Sequence record: MH791398.1
Strand: one strand, 5' to 3'
Length of the DNA: 64,000 nt
Below the pieces are notes generated by a model. That model saw only the letters and a program-made list of their open reading frames with translations. It was not told the DNA's origin and did no database searches. Shown piece by piece: positions 46,505 through 55,914 of the stretch (the first letter of the stretch is position 1; each line of letters opens with the position of its first letter). The position numbers were made by a program, and so were the translations under genes.

Positions 46505-47020
46505 ATGACAGAACAAACCTGCGACCGTAATGATTGTTATGATGTAACTGGATTTCCAGAGGATACCCTTGTTACCTTTTGTGCCCCCGACATTTACGGG
46601 GACATGAGGGAACAAACATGGACTCTATATCAACTTCTAGAGATTCAACAGGGTAACCGGATCCTTCTAAAGGGGCCGGAAACCGGTAAATACGCAACGA
46701 TCTTACGTATGGTCGATACGGAGTTCACAGAACCGGTCAACCCCAACGTATGGGAAATCCATATGTCTAACGGGAAATCTTGGTTGTGTGCAGAGAACCA
46801 TCAAGTTCTGAGTCTATATGACCGCAAGAGCCCCTATCAGGCTCTATATGCAGCTCAATATTGTACTCCTGATGGTGGTGTTGTGAATCGGGTAAAACGG
46901 GTTCGTCAATACAAATATAAGGCTAGGTTCTGGATGCATATCATCACCGAGGACGATGTGCCGTTCGTGCTGAATGATACCGGTATTCTTCATTTTTCCT
47001 CACAGAAAAAGGTTGTATAA
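46505..47020 (+). CDS. Free-standing HINT/intein-like domain protein (degenerate)
   Basis: Block A-like GFPEDTLV, block B-like WEIHMSNGKSWLCAENHQVL, block F/G-like ..EDDVPFVLNDTGILH; SD AAGGA. Confidence 0.6.
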   Translation: MTEQTCDRNDCYDVTGFPEDTLVTFCAPDIYGDMREQTWTLYQLLEIQQGNRILLKGPETGKYATILRMVDTEFTEPVNPNVWEIHMSNGKSWLCAENHQVLSLYDRKSPYQALYAAQYCTPDGGVVNRVKRVRQYKYKARFWMHIITEDDVPFVLNDTGILHFSSQKKVV

Positions 47021-47026
47021 ATAATT

Positions 47027-47080
47027 AAAAAGTCGCTTGCGTTATGGGATAATCTTTAACGTAAGCGACTTTTCTTTTTT
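47027..47080 (+). terminator. 17-bp hairpin with U-tract before gene 41
   Basis: AAAAGTCGCTTGCGTTA..TAACGTAAGCGACTTTT + TCTTTTTT. Confidence 0.6.
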
Positions 47081-47093
47081 ACAGGTGTTTTTA

Positions 47094-48653
47094 ATGAGTA
47101 TTTCACAAATTATTATCAATAACCTCGTTTTCAACGGCGAGTATTTTGGTAAGGTGTACCCTTTTCTTAAATCCGAATATTTCTCTAAGGGGCCTTATCG
47201 TATTGCATTTGACTTGATTGATACCTATGCAAAAAAGCATAACAAAGCTCCGTCGGTTGCGGCTCTGGATGTTATGCTGGAACGCAAACAGAATATGAGT
47301 CAAGTAGAGTATGACCAGACTAAAGTTTTGGTATCTCGAATTGAACAAATCCCAGAAGATAAAAACTGGTTGATTGAAGAGACAGAATCTTTCTGTAAAG
47401 AACGTGCTATCGATATTGCATTATCTGAGTGTATCCAGATCCGTGAAAACTTCGCCAAACCACTGGATGAGCAAGACCCGAAAATAAAAGATATCGGGGC
47501 AATGCAAGAGATCATGAAAAAGGCTATGTCTGTTGGCTTTACTTTTGACGTTGGTCATGATTATATGAACAGCGCAGAAGAACGTTGGGAAGCATATAAC
47601 CAAAAGACAAATAAGATCCCGTTCCTGAATCATATGCTGAACCGGATCACCAAGGGTGGGGTTGAACGTGGTACGCTTAACGTTATTCTAGCCGGTACTG
47701 GTGTTGGTAAGTCTATCGGTCTGTGTCACCTTGCAACCGAGTATATGCAACTCGGGTTAAACGTGTTGTACGTCTCGTTTGAGATGTCGGAAGAAACTGT
47801 AGGTAAGCGTATTGACGCAAACCTAATGGACCTGACTCTGGACGAGCTAGATAGTGGACTTATCCAAAAATCTGAGTTCATGAACCGGTTCAACAAAAAG
47901 GTTGCAGGTAAAAAGCTTGGTAAGCTTTATGTTAAGCAGTTCCCAACATCAGGGGCAAACGTAAACCACATCAGAAACCTGATGGATGAGCTTGAAATGA
48001 AAAAGGGTTTCAAGCCAGATGTTATCTGCTGCGATTACCTAGGTATCATGGCGTCGTCTCGTATGAAATTCTCTGATAACTCTTACTCTTTCATCAAGGC
48101 AATTTCAGAGGAAGTTCGTGGTCTGGCAATAGAGAAGAAAGTTGTTGTATGGTCTGGTGCGCAAACCAACCGTGGGTCTTCTGGTTCCCTTGAGATTGAC
48201 AAAGCGGATATCGCGGATTCGTTTGCACTTCTCCATGGTTGCGACTTCGTATTGGCAATTTCAGAAGATGAAGATCTGGTACAGATGGGACAACAGTTGT
48301 TTAAGCAACTTAAATCTCGTTATGGAGATATCAACACCCATAATAAATTCTGTCTGGCTGTTCAGAAAAATTATATGAGGTGGTCAGATCTCGACGACAC
48401 AACACCATATACCGTTGTGTTTGAGCGCAAAGATTTGGAAGAGAAAACGGATATTCAGGAGGATGCTGTTATTGTTCGTCAAGGAGACCAAATCACATCG
48501 ATCCCCGTTGAGATAACTCAAGAAATGGAAGATGTCATCGACACAACCCCCATGGGTAGTTCTATGTTCAAGCGAAGGATGAGCAAAACCGAAGTTGATT
48601 TTAATGACCTCCTTGCAGAACAATCGGTTGACGAAGATATCCCTTGGGATTAA
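47094..48653 (+). CDS. 41: Replicative helicase, no intein
   Basis: YFGKVYPFLKSEYF, LAGTGVGKS, YVSFEM, CDYLGI, KQLKSRYGD; start adjusted. Confidence 0.96.
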   Translation: MSISQIIINNLVFNGEYFGKVYPFLKSEYFSKGPYRIAFDLIDTYAKKHNKAPSVAALDVMLERKQNMSQVEYDQTKVLVSRIEQIPEDKNWLIEETESFCKERAIDIALSECIQIRENFAKPLDEQDPKIKDIGAMQEIMKKAMSVGFTFDVGHDYMNSAEERWEAYNQKTNKIPFLNHMLNRITKGGVERGTLNVILAGTGVGKSIGLCHLATEYMQLGLNVLYVSFEMSEETVGKRIDANLMDLTLDELDSGLIQKSEFMNRFNKKVAGKKLGKLYVKQFPTSGANVNHIRNLMDELEMKKGFKPDVICCDYLGIMASSRMKFSDNSYSFIKAISEEVRGLAIEKKVVVWSGAQTNRGSSGSLEIDKADIADSFALLHGCDFVLAISEDEDLVQMGQQLFKQLKSRYGDINTHNKFCLAVQKNYMRWSDLDDTTPYTVVFERKDLEEKTDIQEDAVIVRQGDQITSIPVEITQEMEDVIDTTPMGSSMFKRRMSKTEVDFNDLLAEQSVDEDIPWD

Positions 48654-48693
48654 ACTATGTGGGTACTAGTTACCCACTTGTTGAGGTTGTATT

Positions 48694-49644
48694 ATGAAAG
48701 ACGAATTTATTGGTTCTACTTTTAAGACTCCAAAAGGTGGGGTACTAACTGTGGTTGGTATATTTGGAAAAACCAAGACGCATAATAAGGTGTATCTGGC
48801 GAAATGTTCAATATGTTCATTGGATACAGAATTATATCCTGATGGATTTAGGTCTACTAAGGGTAGTTTTAAATTGGGACAAACCCCATGTGGATGTGCA
48901 AAATCCCCACAATTAAATTCTCGTCAGAGGTCAATAATAATCAAAAGATTGTTGAAATCAGAAAACATGAACCATATTTTTGTTGGATTTGTTGGTGGTG
49001 AATATAAGACGAATACGACAAAGTTGATATGTATTTGTCCAACACATGGCGAGTATCGAGTATCATATGCAAACTTTTCTAACAAAGGTTCTCGATGTTC
49101 TAAATGTGGAATCAATTACACATCGAGACTGAAAAAATTCAAAGACCCATATAATACAGCAAAAAGTAGATGTGAAGGTTTTGGTGTTGAATTTATTGAA
49201 TTCGTTGGTGGTGAATACATAAACCAGAAAACATTGGTTTTATATAAATGTCCAAAACATGGTTTACATAGGAAATCATTCTCAGCCATCGTGAATACTG
49301 ATAGTGGTTGTCCAAGCTGTGCTTCTTCTGGATACGATAAATCAAAGTCTGGGTGGTTTTATATCTTTGAATATACAAAAGATAATGATACCGTATACAA
49401 ATACGGGATAACAAATAGAGATCCCGATATTCGTTCGAAAGAACATATTAAGGGTATTCATAACGTTGTTTCTAATTGTGTATTGGTGAAACAATTTGAA
49501 GATGGAAATCTCCCACTCATAATAGAGTCCAAAATAAAAGCTAAATACAATGGTGTATGTGATTGGTTGTCCTCTGGAAACACAGAAACTGTAACCAAAG
49601 ATAATCTTAATGATATACTTTCTATTGTTGAGGATTTAACGTGA
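48694..49644 (+). mobile_element. Free-standing homing endonuclease-like gene (Cys/Zn repeats, C-terminal GIY-YIG-like domain)
   Basis: Repeated FVGGEY...CP.HG...C..C units; GWFYIF..YKYGITNRDPDIR..E. Confidence 0.75.
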
Positions 49645-50090
49645 GTATTAAAACTATTATGGACGGGATTTATTCCGTCCGTATGCTAGACCTATTAAGA
49701 AAACCATTTCGTAATTGGGAAGCATACAAGCGCGGTATTATCGACGAAGCCGGTGAGTTTATTAAGAAGCCGGAAACCGTGAGAGAAAAAGCGGCGTATA
49801 CATCATTTCACGCAGCAATTAGATCACTGAAAATAAACCTTCAAAAGTATGGGGGCGAGTCGGTATCTAAATCGTTGGCGGTGAAGGCTGGATATGACAC
49901 TTTAACAGAATCATATGGTCAATCAGAATACACGATTGAAATGTTGTATGAAGAGATGATCGCTGGTGATTCCGGGGGTAATGTGACAAACATCGCAACT
50001 GGGGTAAAATCTGGTTCTGTTACAGATAAAGGTCCGTCTGTCATGGGGAAGAAAAAAGAGCGTCGTAAAATTGAAGTAAAAGCCCCGTAA
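49641..50090 (+). CDS. 61.1: gp61.1-like protein (GTG start)
   Basis: YSVRMLDLLRKPF..WEAYKRGIIDE.G..EK.AYT.FH. Confidence 0.75.
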   Translation: MSIKTIMDGIYSVRMLDLLRKPFRNWEAYKRGIIDEAGEFIKKPETVREKAAYTSFHAAIRSLKINLQKYGGESVSKSLAVKAGYDTLTESYGQSEYTIEMLYEEMIAGDSGGNVTNIATGVKSGSVTDKGPSVMGKKKERRKIEVKAP

Positions 50091-50147
50091 TTGGGGCTTT
50101 ATTGTTTCTGGTGAGTGTGATATCATAGGTTGAAAGAGGATTTTTAT

Positions 50148-51203
50148 ATGAACATAATTTATATCGAACGACAGTTTGCAACTAGACTTAGTTACCGGAT
50201 GGAATTGTGCACAGATCATTCCCGTGGTGTTGAGGTAAAGTATAATTTCCGTTGTCCTATATGTGGTGATAGTAAAACTGACTACAGCAAAACCCGTGGG
50301 TGGCTATACGAATCAGAGGGTCATGTTCGGTACGGTTGCTTTAACTGTAACGTTAATATGAAGCTAACCAACTATCTGTATGATAATGAACCAGAAATGT
50401 ACAGAGAATTTGCAAAGGAAAAATTTGCAAACAAAGACGACAGCGAATGGTTCGAAACTAAAAAAACAGTTGAGAAACCAGTTGAACTAATCACAAAAAG
50501 TGTGATACCATATTCAACTTGTATAGCGGATCTCCCAGAAAATCACCCAGCCGTGAAATGGGTTGCTTCTCGTAAAATCCCAAAACATCAATACAAACTG
50601 TTCTTCTTTACTGCGGATTGGAAGAAGGTTGCTAATAGTGTTAAGCCAGAAACCTATCTGTATGACGATAAGAAAGAATATCGATTGGTTATCCCGATCT
50701 ATAACAAAGATGGAACATACTCATCTTTGCAGGGTCGAGCATTAGATCCAAACGTTGATAAAAGTAGACGATATTTGACTATCAAGGCTGATGACAAAGC
50801 GTCGAAAGTATATGGTATGGAACGTGTGGATCCATCAAAGACAGTTTGGATGTTGGAAGGACCAATCGACAGCGTGTTCATCCCCAACGCATGTGCTATC
50901 GTCGGTGGTGTTATGGCTCTCGAAGATGCACCGTTCCCAGATAAACGGGTATGGGTACTTGATAAAGAGGGTCGGTCCTTCGACACACTAAAACGGATCG
51001 AAAATCTGATCAAAGCCGGTGAAAAGGTTGTCATCTGGGATGAATGTCCGTGGTCTTCCAAGGATATCAACGATTTCATAAAAAATGATGGTGCTACCAT
51101 TGATGAAGTGGTACAATACCTGAAAGACCACACATATAGTGGTTTGAGAGCTGAACTTGCACTTAGCAAGTGGCGCAAATTTGGACATAAGAGGATTTCG
51201 TGA
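50148..51203 (+). CDS. 61: DNA primase
   Basis: FRCPICGDS..K.RGW..C.NC Zn ribbon, RLVIPI..QGRAL, EGPIDS.F, DINDFI. Confidence 0.95.
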   Translation: MNIIYIERQFATRLSYRMELCTDHSRGVEVKYNFRCPICGDSKTDYSKTRGWLYESEGHVRYGCFNCNVNMKLTNYLYDNEPEMYREFAKEKFANKDDSEWFETKKTVEKPVELITKSVIPYSTCIADLPENHPAVKWVASRKIPKHQYKLFFFTADWKKVANSVKPETYLYDDKKEYRLVIPIYNKDGTYSSLQGRALDPNVDKSRRYLTIKADDKASKVYGMERVDPSKTVWMLEGPIDSVFIPNACAIVGGVMALEDAPFPDKRVWVLDKEGRSFDTLKRIENLIKAGEKVVIWDECPWSSKDINDFIKNDGATIDEVVQYLKDHTYSGLRAELALSKWRKFGHKRIS

Positions 51204-51565
51204 TGTATACTGAAAATGAACAAGATTATAAAATGACCATTTCTGAGGTTCTTTACAACGTTTCTGTTGGAATTTTTCCTGAGTGGTGGTGTTTTGAAAT
51301 TGGTCTCTGTAACCAATCGTGGCATTACTGTATTGACTTTGAGAAAATCACAAATGAATATGCCACAGAAGATGGTATGTGTGATGTTTTCTCGTTGTTT
51401 TGGGTAGAGTGGGATCATTTTTCCGGTGATAGCAGCTATCCTGTAAAATCCCCTTATGGTGATAACGCCTATGGGATGTACAATGAAGCAGATAGTCACT
51501 ATGATCTTGCTTATGGTGAGAGTCGGAAACAGCTTGCAGAATTTTTATCTAAAAAATTGAAATAA
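51200..51565 (+). CDS. Hypothetical acidic, aromatic-rich protein
   Basis: Overlapping ORF in operon. Confidence 0.6.
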   Translation: MMYTENEQDYKMTISEVLYNVSVGIFPEWWCFEIGLCNQSWHYCIDFEKITNEYATEDGMCDVFSLFWVEWDHFSGDSSYPVKSPYGDNAYGMYNEADSHYDLAYGESRKQLAEFLSKKLK

Positions 51566-51577
51566 GAGAGAACAAAA

Positions 51578-52069
51578 ATGGAAATGAATTTTATTAGTGG
51601 TTTTGAGTATGGTGTTTGTCCTGATTTTCAACGAGAAGGGGACGCAGCTATTGACCTTCGTACCCCGGAAGCTATTATGTTGAAACCGGGTGAAGATATC
51701 ATCGTTAACACTGGTATGCGATTTGATATGAGTCAGATCGATACTGGTATTCCGGGTGTTGGTATTGCTGCAATGGTTCTCCCCCGTTCGGGTCTCGGGT
51801 TCAAATTCTATACCCGGTTGGCTAACACTGTTGGTCTTATCGATGGAAACTATCAGGGTGAGGTCATGGTGAAGGTCCGGAATGAACATATTGTTAACGA
51901 AGACGACCCGATGAGCTTCAACAAGGTTTTGCATATTCCGAAGGGTGAGCGTTTCTGTCAGATGGTGTTTATCCCTGTATTCAACCAGATCAAGTTTAAC
52001 CAAGTTGATGATTTCGATACACAAACTGTTCGTGGTTCTGCTGGGATTGGTTCTTCGGGGACAAAATAA
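51578..52069 (+). CDS. dut: Trimeric dUTPase
   Basis: GDAAIDL, LPRSGLG, GLIDGNYQGE, GERFCQ, RG..GIGSSG. Confidence 0.93.
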   Translation: MEMNFISGFEYGVCPDFQREGDAAIDLRTPEAIMLKPGEDIIVNTGMRFDMSQIDTGIPGVGIAAMVLPRSGLGFKFYTRLANTVGLIDGNYQGEVMVKVRNEHIVNEDDPMSFNKVLHIPKGERFCQMVFIPVFNQIKFNQVDDFDTQTVRGSAGIGSSGTK

Positions 52070-52722
52070 TGGTTACCGATTATATTACTGACTTTGAGAC
52101 TTTGAATACGGTAGAAAAAGCTACCTTAGTTGAATTTTCTGTGATACCATTCAAAATGGATATTGAACATCCACCTACATTTCAAAGTCTGGTTGAATCC
52201 GGAAAGAAAATTAAATTCGACCTGAAACATCAAAAGGCTCTAGGACGTCGTGTGAGTGCGTCCACCGTGGAGTGGTGGAAATCTCAGGGAGAAGCAGCAA
52301 AATCTCTCTTGAAGCCATCCAGCGACGATAAGACCCTATATGATGGATATATGGACATCAAAGATTGGTTTGTGGAAACCGGGGTTGAGTTTAAGAAGTC
52401 CCATATCTGGACTCGTGGGGAAATGGATATCATTTGGTTCCGTAGTTGGTATTGTGATGCTATGGACCTAGCAGACGATGATATTTCTGCTGCTATGCCA
52501 GTGATGTTCAATAACTTCCGTGAAGTAAGAACCGCAATCGAAGCAAACATGGATCGCGATGTTACGTATTGCCCCCTTCCTAACGGGAGTCTTCCGGGTT
52601 TCGTAAAACATAACTCACTTCATGATTGCGCTCGTGACATTCTTATGTTAATCTATTCAAAACGATATGCGTATGGTCTGGAAGATATTCCGACTGACGT
52701 AGACCCTAACTCAATGAGGTAA
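52069..52722 (+). CDS. dexA: DexA exonuclease
   Basis: YITDFET, KIKFDLK.Q, STVEWWKSQ, CPLP.G.L.GFV.HNSLHDCARDI..RYAYGLED. Confidence 0.93.
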   Translation: MVTDYITDFETLNTVEKATLVEFSVIPFKMDIEHPPTFQSLVESGKKIKFDLKHQKALGRRVSASTVEWWKSQGEAAKSLLKPSSDDKTLYDGYMDIKDWFVETGVEFKKSHIWTRGEMDIIWFRSWYCDAMDLADDDISAAMPVMFNNFREVRTAIEANMDRDVTYCPLPNGSLPGFVKHNSLHDCARDILMLIYSKRYAYGLEDIPTDVDPNSMR

Positions 52723-52727
52723 TTGAA

Positions 52728-52919
52728 ATGGCTATTAAATATCTGTCTATCGAAGAATTTGAATCCATCGTTAACCAAGAGGGTGTTGTAATGCGCTCAT
52801 CATACGACCCGGAAGGGTATACTCAAGCGTATTATCTGGATGGTGAGCTGGTTGCGCAGATGGATTGCACCGATAACGTAACCGTTCGGTTTATCGAGGT
52901 GGATGATGGGAGCGAGTGA
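52728..52919 (+). CDS. Hypothetical protein (63 aa)
   Basis: ORF with SD GAGG. Confidence 0.6.
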   Translation: MAIKYLSIEEFESIVNQEGVVMRSSYDPEGYTQAYYLDGELVAQMDCTDNVTVRFIEVDDGSE

Positions 52920-53211
52920 TCTAAACCCATTCAACAATCCATGGGTTGATGTCAATGTTGATTATCAAACCAGAATTAAACCGGGGGGTTTCTTAAACCC
53001 TTCTCAAGAAGAATATATTACGTTTGAGCGATTCATAGATCTAACTTCCGTTAATGATATGGTTTCTGTAGTTCCGGACCTTGTTCACCCATCAATGGAG
53101 CGGCATCGACACTATCTTAAGATCGGTTCAAACCGTATTCATTACATGGCTACGAAAATAAAATTCACAACCAGTAAAGATACGTTATATTCTATAGAAA
53201 AAGGTTTATAA
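52903..53211 (+). CDS. Hypothetical protein (102 aa)
   Basis: ORF with SD GAGG, followed by terminator. Confidence 0.6.
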   Translation: MMGASDLNPFNNPWVDVNVDYQTRIKPGGFLNPSQEEYITFERFIDLTSVNDMVSVVPDLVHPSMERHRHYLKIGSNRIHYMATKIKFTTSKDTLYSIEKGL

Positions 53212-53229
53212 GGGGATTCGTCCCCTTTT
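53210..53229 (+). terminator. Terminator
   Basis: AAGGGGA-TTCG-TCCCCTTTT. Confidence 0.8.
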
Positions 53230-53244
53230 ATCATTGAGGTATAA

Positions 53245-55248
53245 ATGAAAGAACAAGAAGGTAAAATCCTAAGTGATTACGAACATATTTTCCTCAATAG
53301 TGATATGTATGTTGGGTCGCTTTCGGAAGAAACCCATTTAGTGTTGGTTGATGGGAATTTTGTAGAAAAGCAATACATTCCGGGTTTGGTTAAAATTATC
53401 GATGAAATTATCGATAACTCGGTTGATGAAGCTATTCGTACCGATTTCAAATTTGCTAATAAAATTGATATTGTTGTTGATGACCAGACCAATCAGGTAT
53501 CCATTTCTGATAATGGTCGTGGTATCCCACAATATGACGTAAAGACCCCGGAAGGCGAAACCATCCCATATCCACAAGCTTGTTACACCCGAGCCCGTTC
53601 CGGTGGTAACTTCTCGGCTGATCGTAAGGGTATCGGTAAAAATGGTGTTGGTTCGGTATTGACCAACCTATACTCTACAATGTTCCGTGCGACAACTTGT
53701 GATGGGAAAAATACGGTCACAATCTATTGTACACAAAATGCAGAACACCAATCCTACACCAAGAAAAAAGGTGGCACTCAGGGTACAACTGTTGAGTTTA
53801 TTCCAGATCTTCTTGATAAATTTAACATCTTTGGCGGTATGCCCCCTGATGTAGTTGATGTTATCCGTTCTCGGGTAGAAATCCTTTCTGTTTTGTTCCC
53901 ACAAGTAAAATTCACATTCAATAAGAAAAAAGTAGATTCCAAGTTCAAGAAATTTGCTAGTGACTTTGGGGATCCTGTTATCTTTGAAAATGAGAATTGT
54001 TCGTTCTTTATCGGTACATCAGATGAATTCCGTCAACTGAGTTATGTTAACGGGGTTCACACTAAGCAGGGTGGTAACCACGTTGAATATCTGATAAACA
54101 GTCTATGTGATGAATTGACCCCCATGATCAAGCGTAAGTTTAAGGTCGAGATTAACAAAGCCCGTATCAAGGAAAACACTTTGCTGTTCCTTTCTCTTCG
54201 TGGCTTTGAGGGTGCCAAATTTGACGGACAAACTAAAGAACGGTTGAGTAATTCCAACGGTCAGATCAAGGATCACTGCGGGATCGATATCAAGTCCATA
54301 GCCAAAAAGATGATATCCAACGATTCTGTTATCATGCCAATTGTAGAGAGTGCAATTGCAAAACGGGATGCGGTGGAAAAGGCACTAGCGACAAAAGCAC
54401 AAAAGAAGGCTTTAACTGCCAACGTACCAAAACATATCCAAGCGAACAAATATGGAAAGAAAGGGTTTGAAACCACTCTGTTCTTGACCGAGGGTGATTC
54501 TGCAAGTGGCCCACTGGGTATAACTCGCGACCACGACACTCAGGGTGGATTCCCGTTGAAGGGTAAACTTCTATCTGTTCATAAATGCGAAAAGGTAAAG
54601 GTAATTGCCAACAAAGAGATTGCCAATATTATTTCAATTCTTGGTATGACTCTAGATGATACAAAAGAGCTACCATCAGGAGATTTCTTTGTAAATAAAG
54701 ATGGTTTCATTGTTGCAGAAAATGATGAAATGTTGGTAAATGGTAAATGGGTTGAAACTCGTGGTATTGTAAACGGTAAGGATTGGGAACAAACTCTACA
54801 GCCTGATATGTTAAAATATCGTGGTCAAAAAGGGGTTCGACGTAACACCAAGGCAAATTATGATTATGTTGCTATCTTGGTAGATGCGGATCCAGATGGA
54901 CGAGGACATATCAGTAACCTGATAATCTCGTTGTTCCATAAGTACTGGAAACACTTTATTGATCAAGGTCGTTTGTTGGTATGCCGTACCCCGGAATTCA
55001 TTAGTCGAAACGGGAAAGAAACCGTTTGGAGTTATGATACGGTAGAATTTCACTCCAAGACGTTCAAGGGTTCTGGGTGGAAGCATGAACACGTTAAGGG
55101 TCTGGGTCAGTTAGACCGAGCTGACTACAAGAAATGTATTCGAGATCCTTATATGGAGGTTGTTCGGGTTGATGAACAAGCAGCAGATGCGTTAGAAATG
55201 TTCTTTGGAACCGAATCGGACCTTCGTAAGGTGTGGATGGATGATTAA
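53245..55248 (+). CDS. 39+60: Type II topoisomerase large subunit, fused gp39+gp60
   Basis: GHKL EIIDNSVDE, DNGRGIP, GKNGVG; TOPRIM LTEGDSA, PLKGK, DADPDG, KGLG in one uninterrupted frame. Confidence 0.95.
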   Translation: MKEQEGKILSDYEHIFLNSDMYVGSLSEETHLVLVDGNFVEKQYIPGLVKIIDEIIDNSVDEAIRTDFKFANKIDIVVDDQTNQVSISDNGRGIPQYDVKTPEGETIPYPQACYTRARSGGNFSADRKGIGKNGVGSVLTNLYSTMFRATTCDGKNTVTIYCTQNAEHQSYTKKKGGTQGTTVEFIPDLLDKFNIFGGMPPDVVDVIRSRVEILSVLFPQVKFTFNKKKVDSKFKKFASDFGDPVIFENENCSFFIGTSDEFRQLSYVNGVHTKQGGNHVEYLINSLCDELTPMIKRKFKVEINKARIKENTLLFLSLRGFEGAKFDGQTKERLSNSNGQIKDHCGIDIKSIAKKMISNDSVIMPIVESAIAKRDAVEKALATKAQKKALTANVPKHIQANKYGKKGFETTLFLTEGDSASGPLGITRDHDTQGGFPLKGKLLSVHKCEKVKVIANKEIANIISILGMTLDDTKELPSGDFFVNKDGFIVAENDEMLVNGKWVETRGIVNGKDWEQTLQPDMLKYRGQKGVRRNTKANYDYVAILVDADPDGRGHISNLIISLFHKYWKHFIDQGRLLVCRTPEFISRNGKETVWSYDTVEFHSKTFKGSGWKHEHVKGLGQLDRADYKKCIRDPYMEVVRVDEQAADALEMFFGTESDLRKVWMDD

Positions 55249-55250
55249 CA

Positions 55251-55284
55251 AAAAGGGAACCGATGGGGTTCCCTTTTCTTTTTT
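55251..55284 (+). terminator. Terminator
   Basis: AAAAGGGAAC..GTTCCCTTTT + T-tract; followed by TGnTATAAT promoter. Confidence 0.8.
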
Positions 55285-55318
55285 ATTGTGTATAATAGTG
55301 GAAAATAGAGGAATAATT

Positions 55319-55645
55319 ATGGCTAACCTAAATGATATCGCTCACTCAGTAAGACCTACAATCTCAATTGGAGACAAATCCACCGTGTGGTTTATCCGTG
55401 AAAAGCTTGTAGGGTGGTTTGAAGAAAGTGTAGAATACTGGCTTGAATGGTGTAAAGAAGATGGTATAGAACCTATCGAAGAGGTTCTAAAAGAAAATAT
55501 GAAGCTTCTCAACGCAATAAAAACATGTTCTACAATCACAAAGAAAACTGTTGATTGGAAACTGGTTATGGGTTATGATGTTGACATTGATAAGCTTGCA
55601 CTCGACTGGTTAGATCTATATCTTGACTATGAGGTTAAAAAATGA
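55319..55645 (+). CDS. Hypothetical protein
   Basis: Start adjusted to SD GAGGA. Confidence 0.65.
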   Translation: MANLNDIAHSVRPTISIGDKSTVWFIREKLVGWFEESVEYWLEWCKEDGIEPIEEVLKENMKLLNAIKTCSTITKKTVDWKLVMGYDVDIDKLALDWLDLYLDYEVKK

Positions 55646-55914
55646 GTATGTACAAATTCCGAAGTGACTATGAAAAAGAAGAGTTCATTTCTGTTGGTGA
55701 GGTTTTTCACGAATTTGAAGAGGATGGTATTAACTCAAACAAGTTAATCGTTGATTTTCTTAAAAAGACTGGTCGTGACGAATTTGAACTTGTGCCGTTT
55801 GTACCTGATGAAAAATACGTTATCGATTTAGAAGAAACTCCCGATGAACTGAAAGACTTGATCTATCATTTCAGCCAAGCTGACATCGAAAACTATCTTG
55901 TGGAGATTGAATAA
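55642..55914 (+). CDS. Small acidic protein, paralog family
   Basis: Aligns by eye with 55914-56201. Confidence 0.7.
   Translation: MSMYKFRSDYEKEEFISVGEVFHEFEEDGINSNKLIVDFLKKTGRDEFELVPFVPDEKYVIDLEETPDELKDLIYHFSQADIENYLVEIE

Noticed and set aside
46505-48653. HINT ORF as half of a split intein of gp41
   Set aside because: gp41 is full length with no intein fragment, and the HINT ORF has no exteins or catalytic termini
52728-52919. Possible cef homolog
   Set aside because: Only a short EEF..V resemblance and rough position; insufficient to name
54860-54930. T4 gene 60-type 50-nt ribosomal bypass
   Set aside because: The frame is continuous through DADPDGRGH with no in-frame stop or gap
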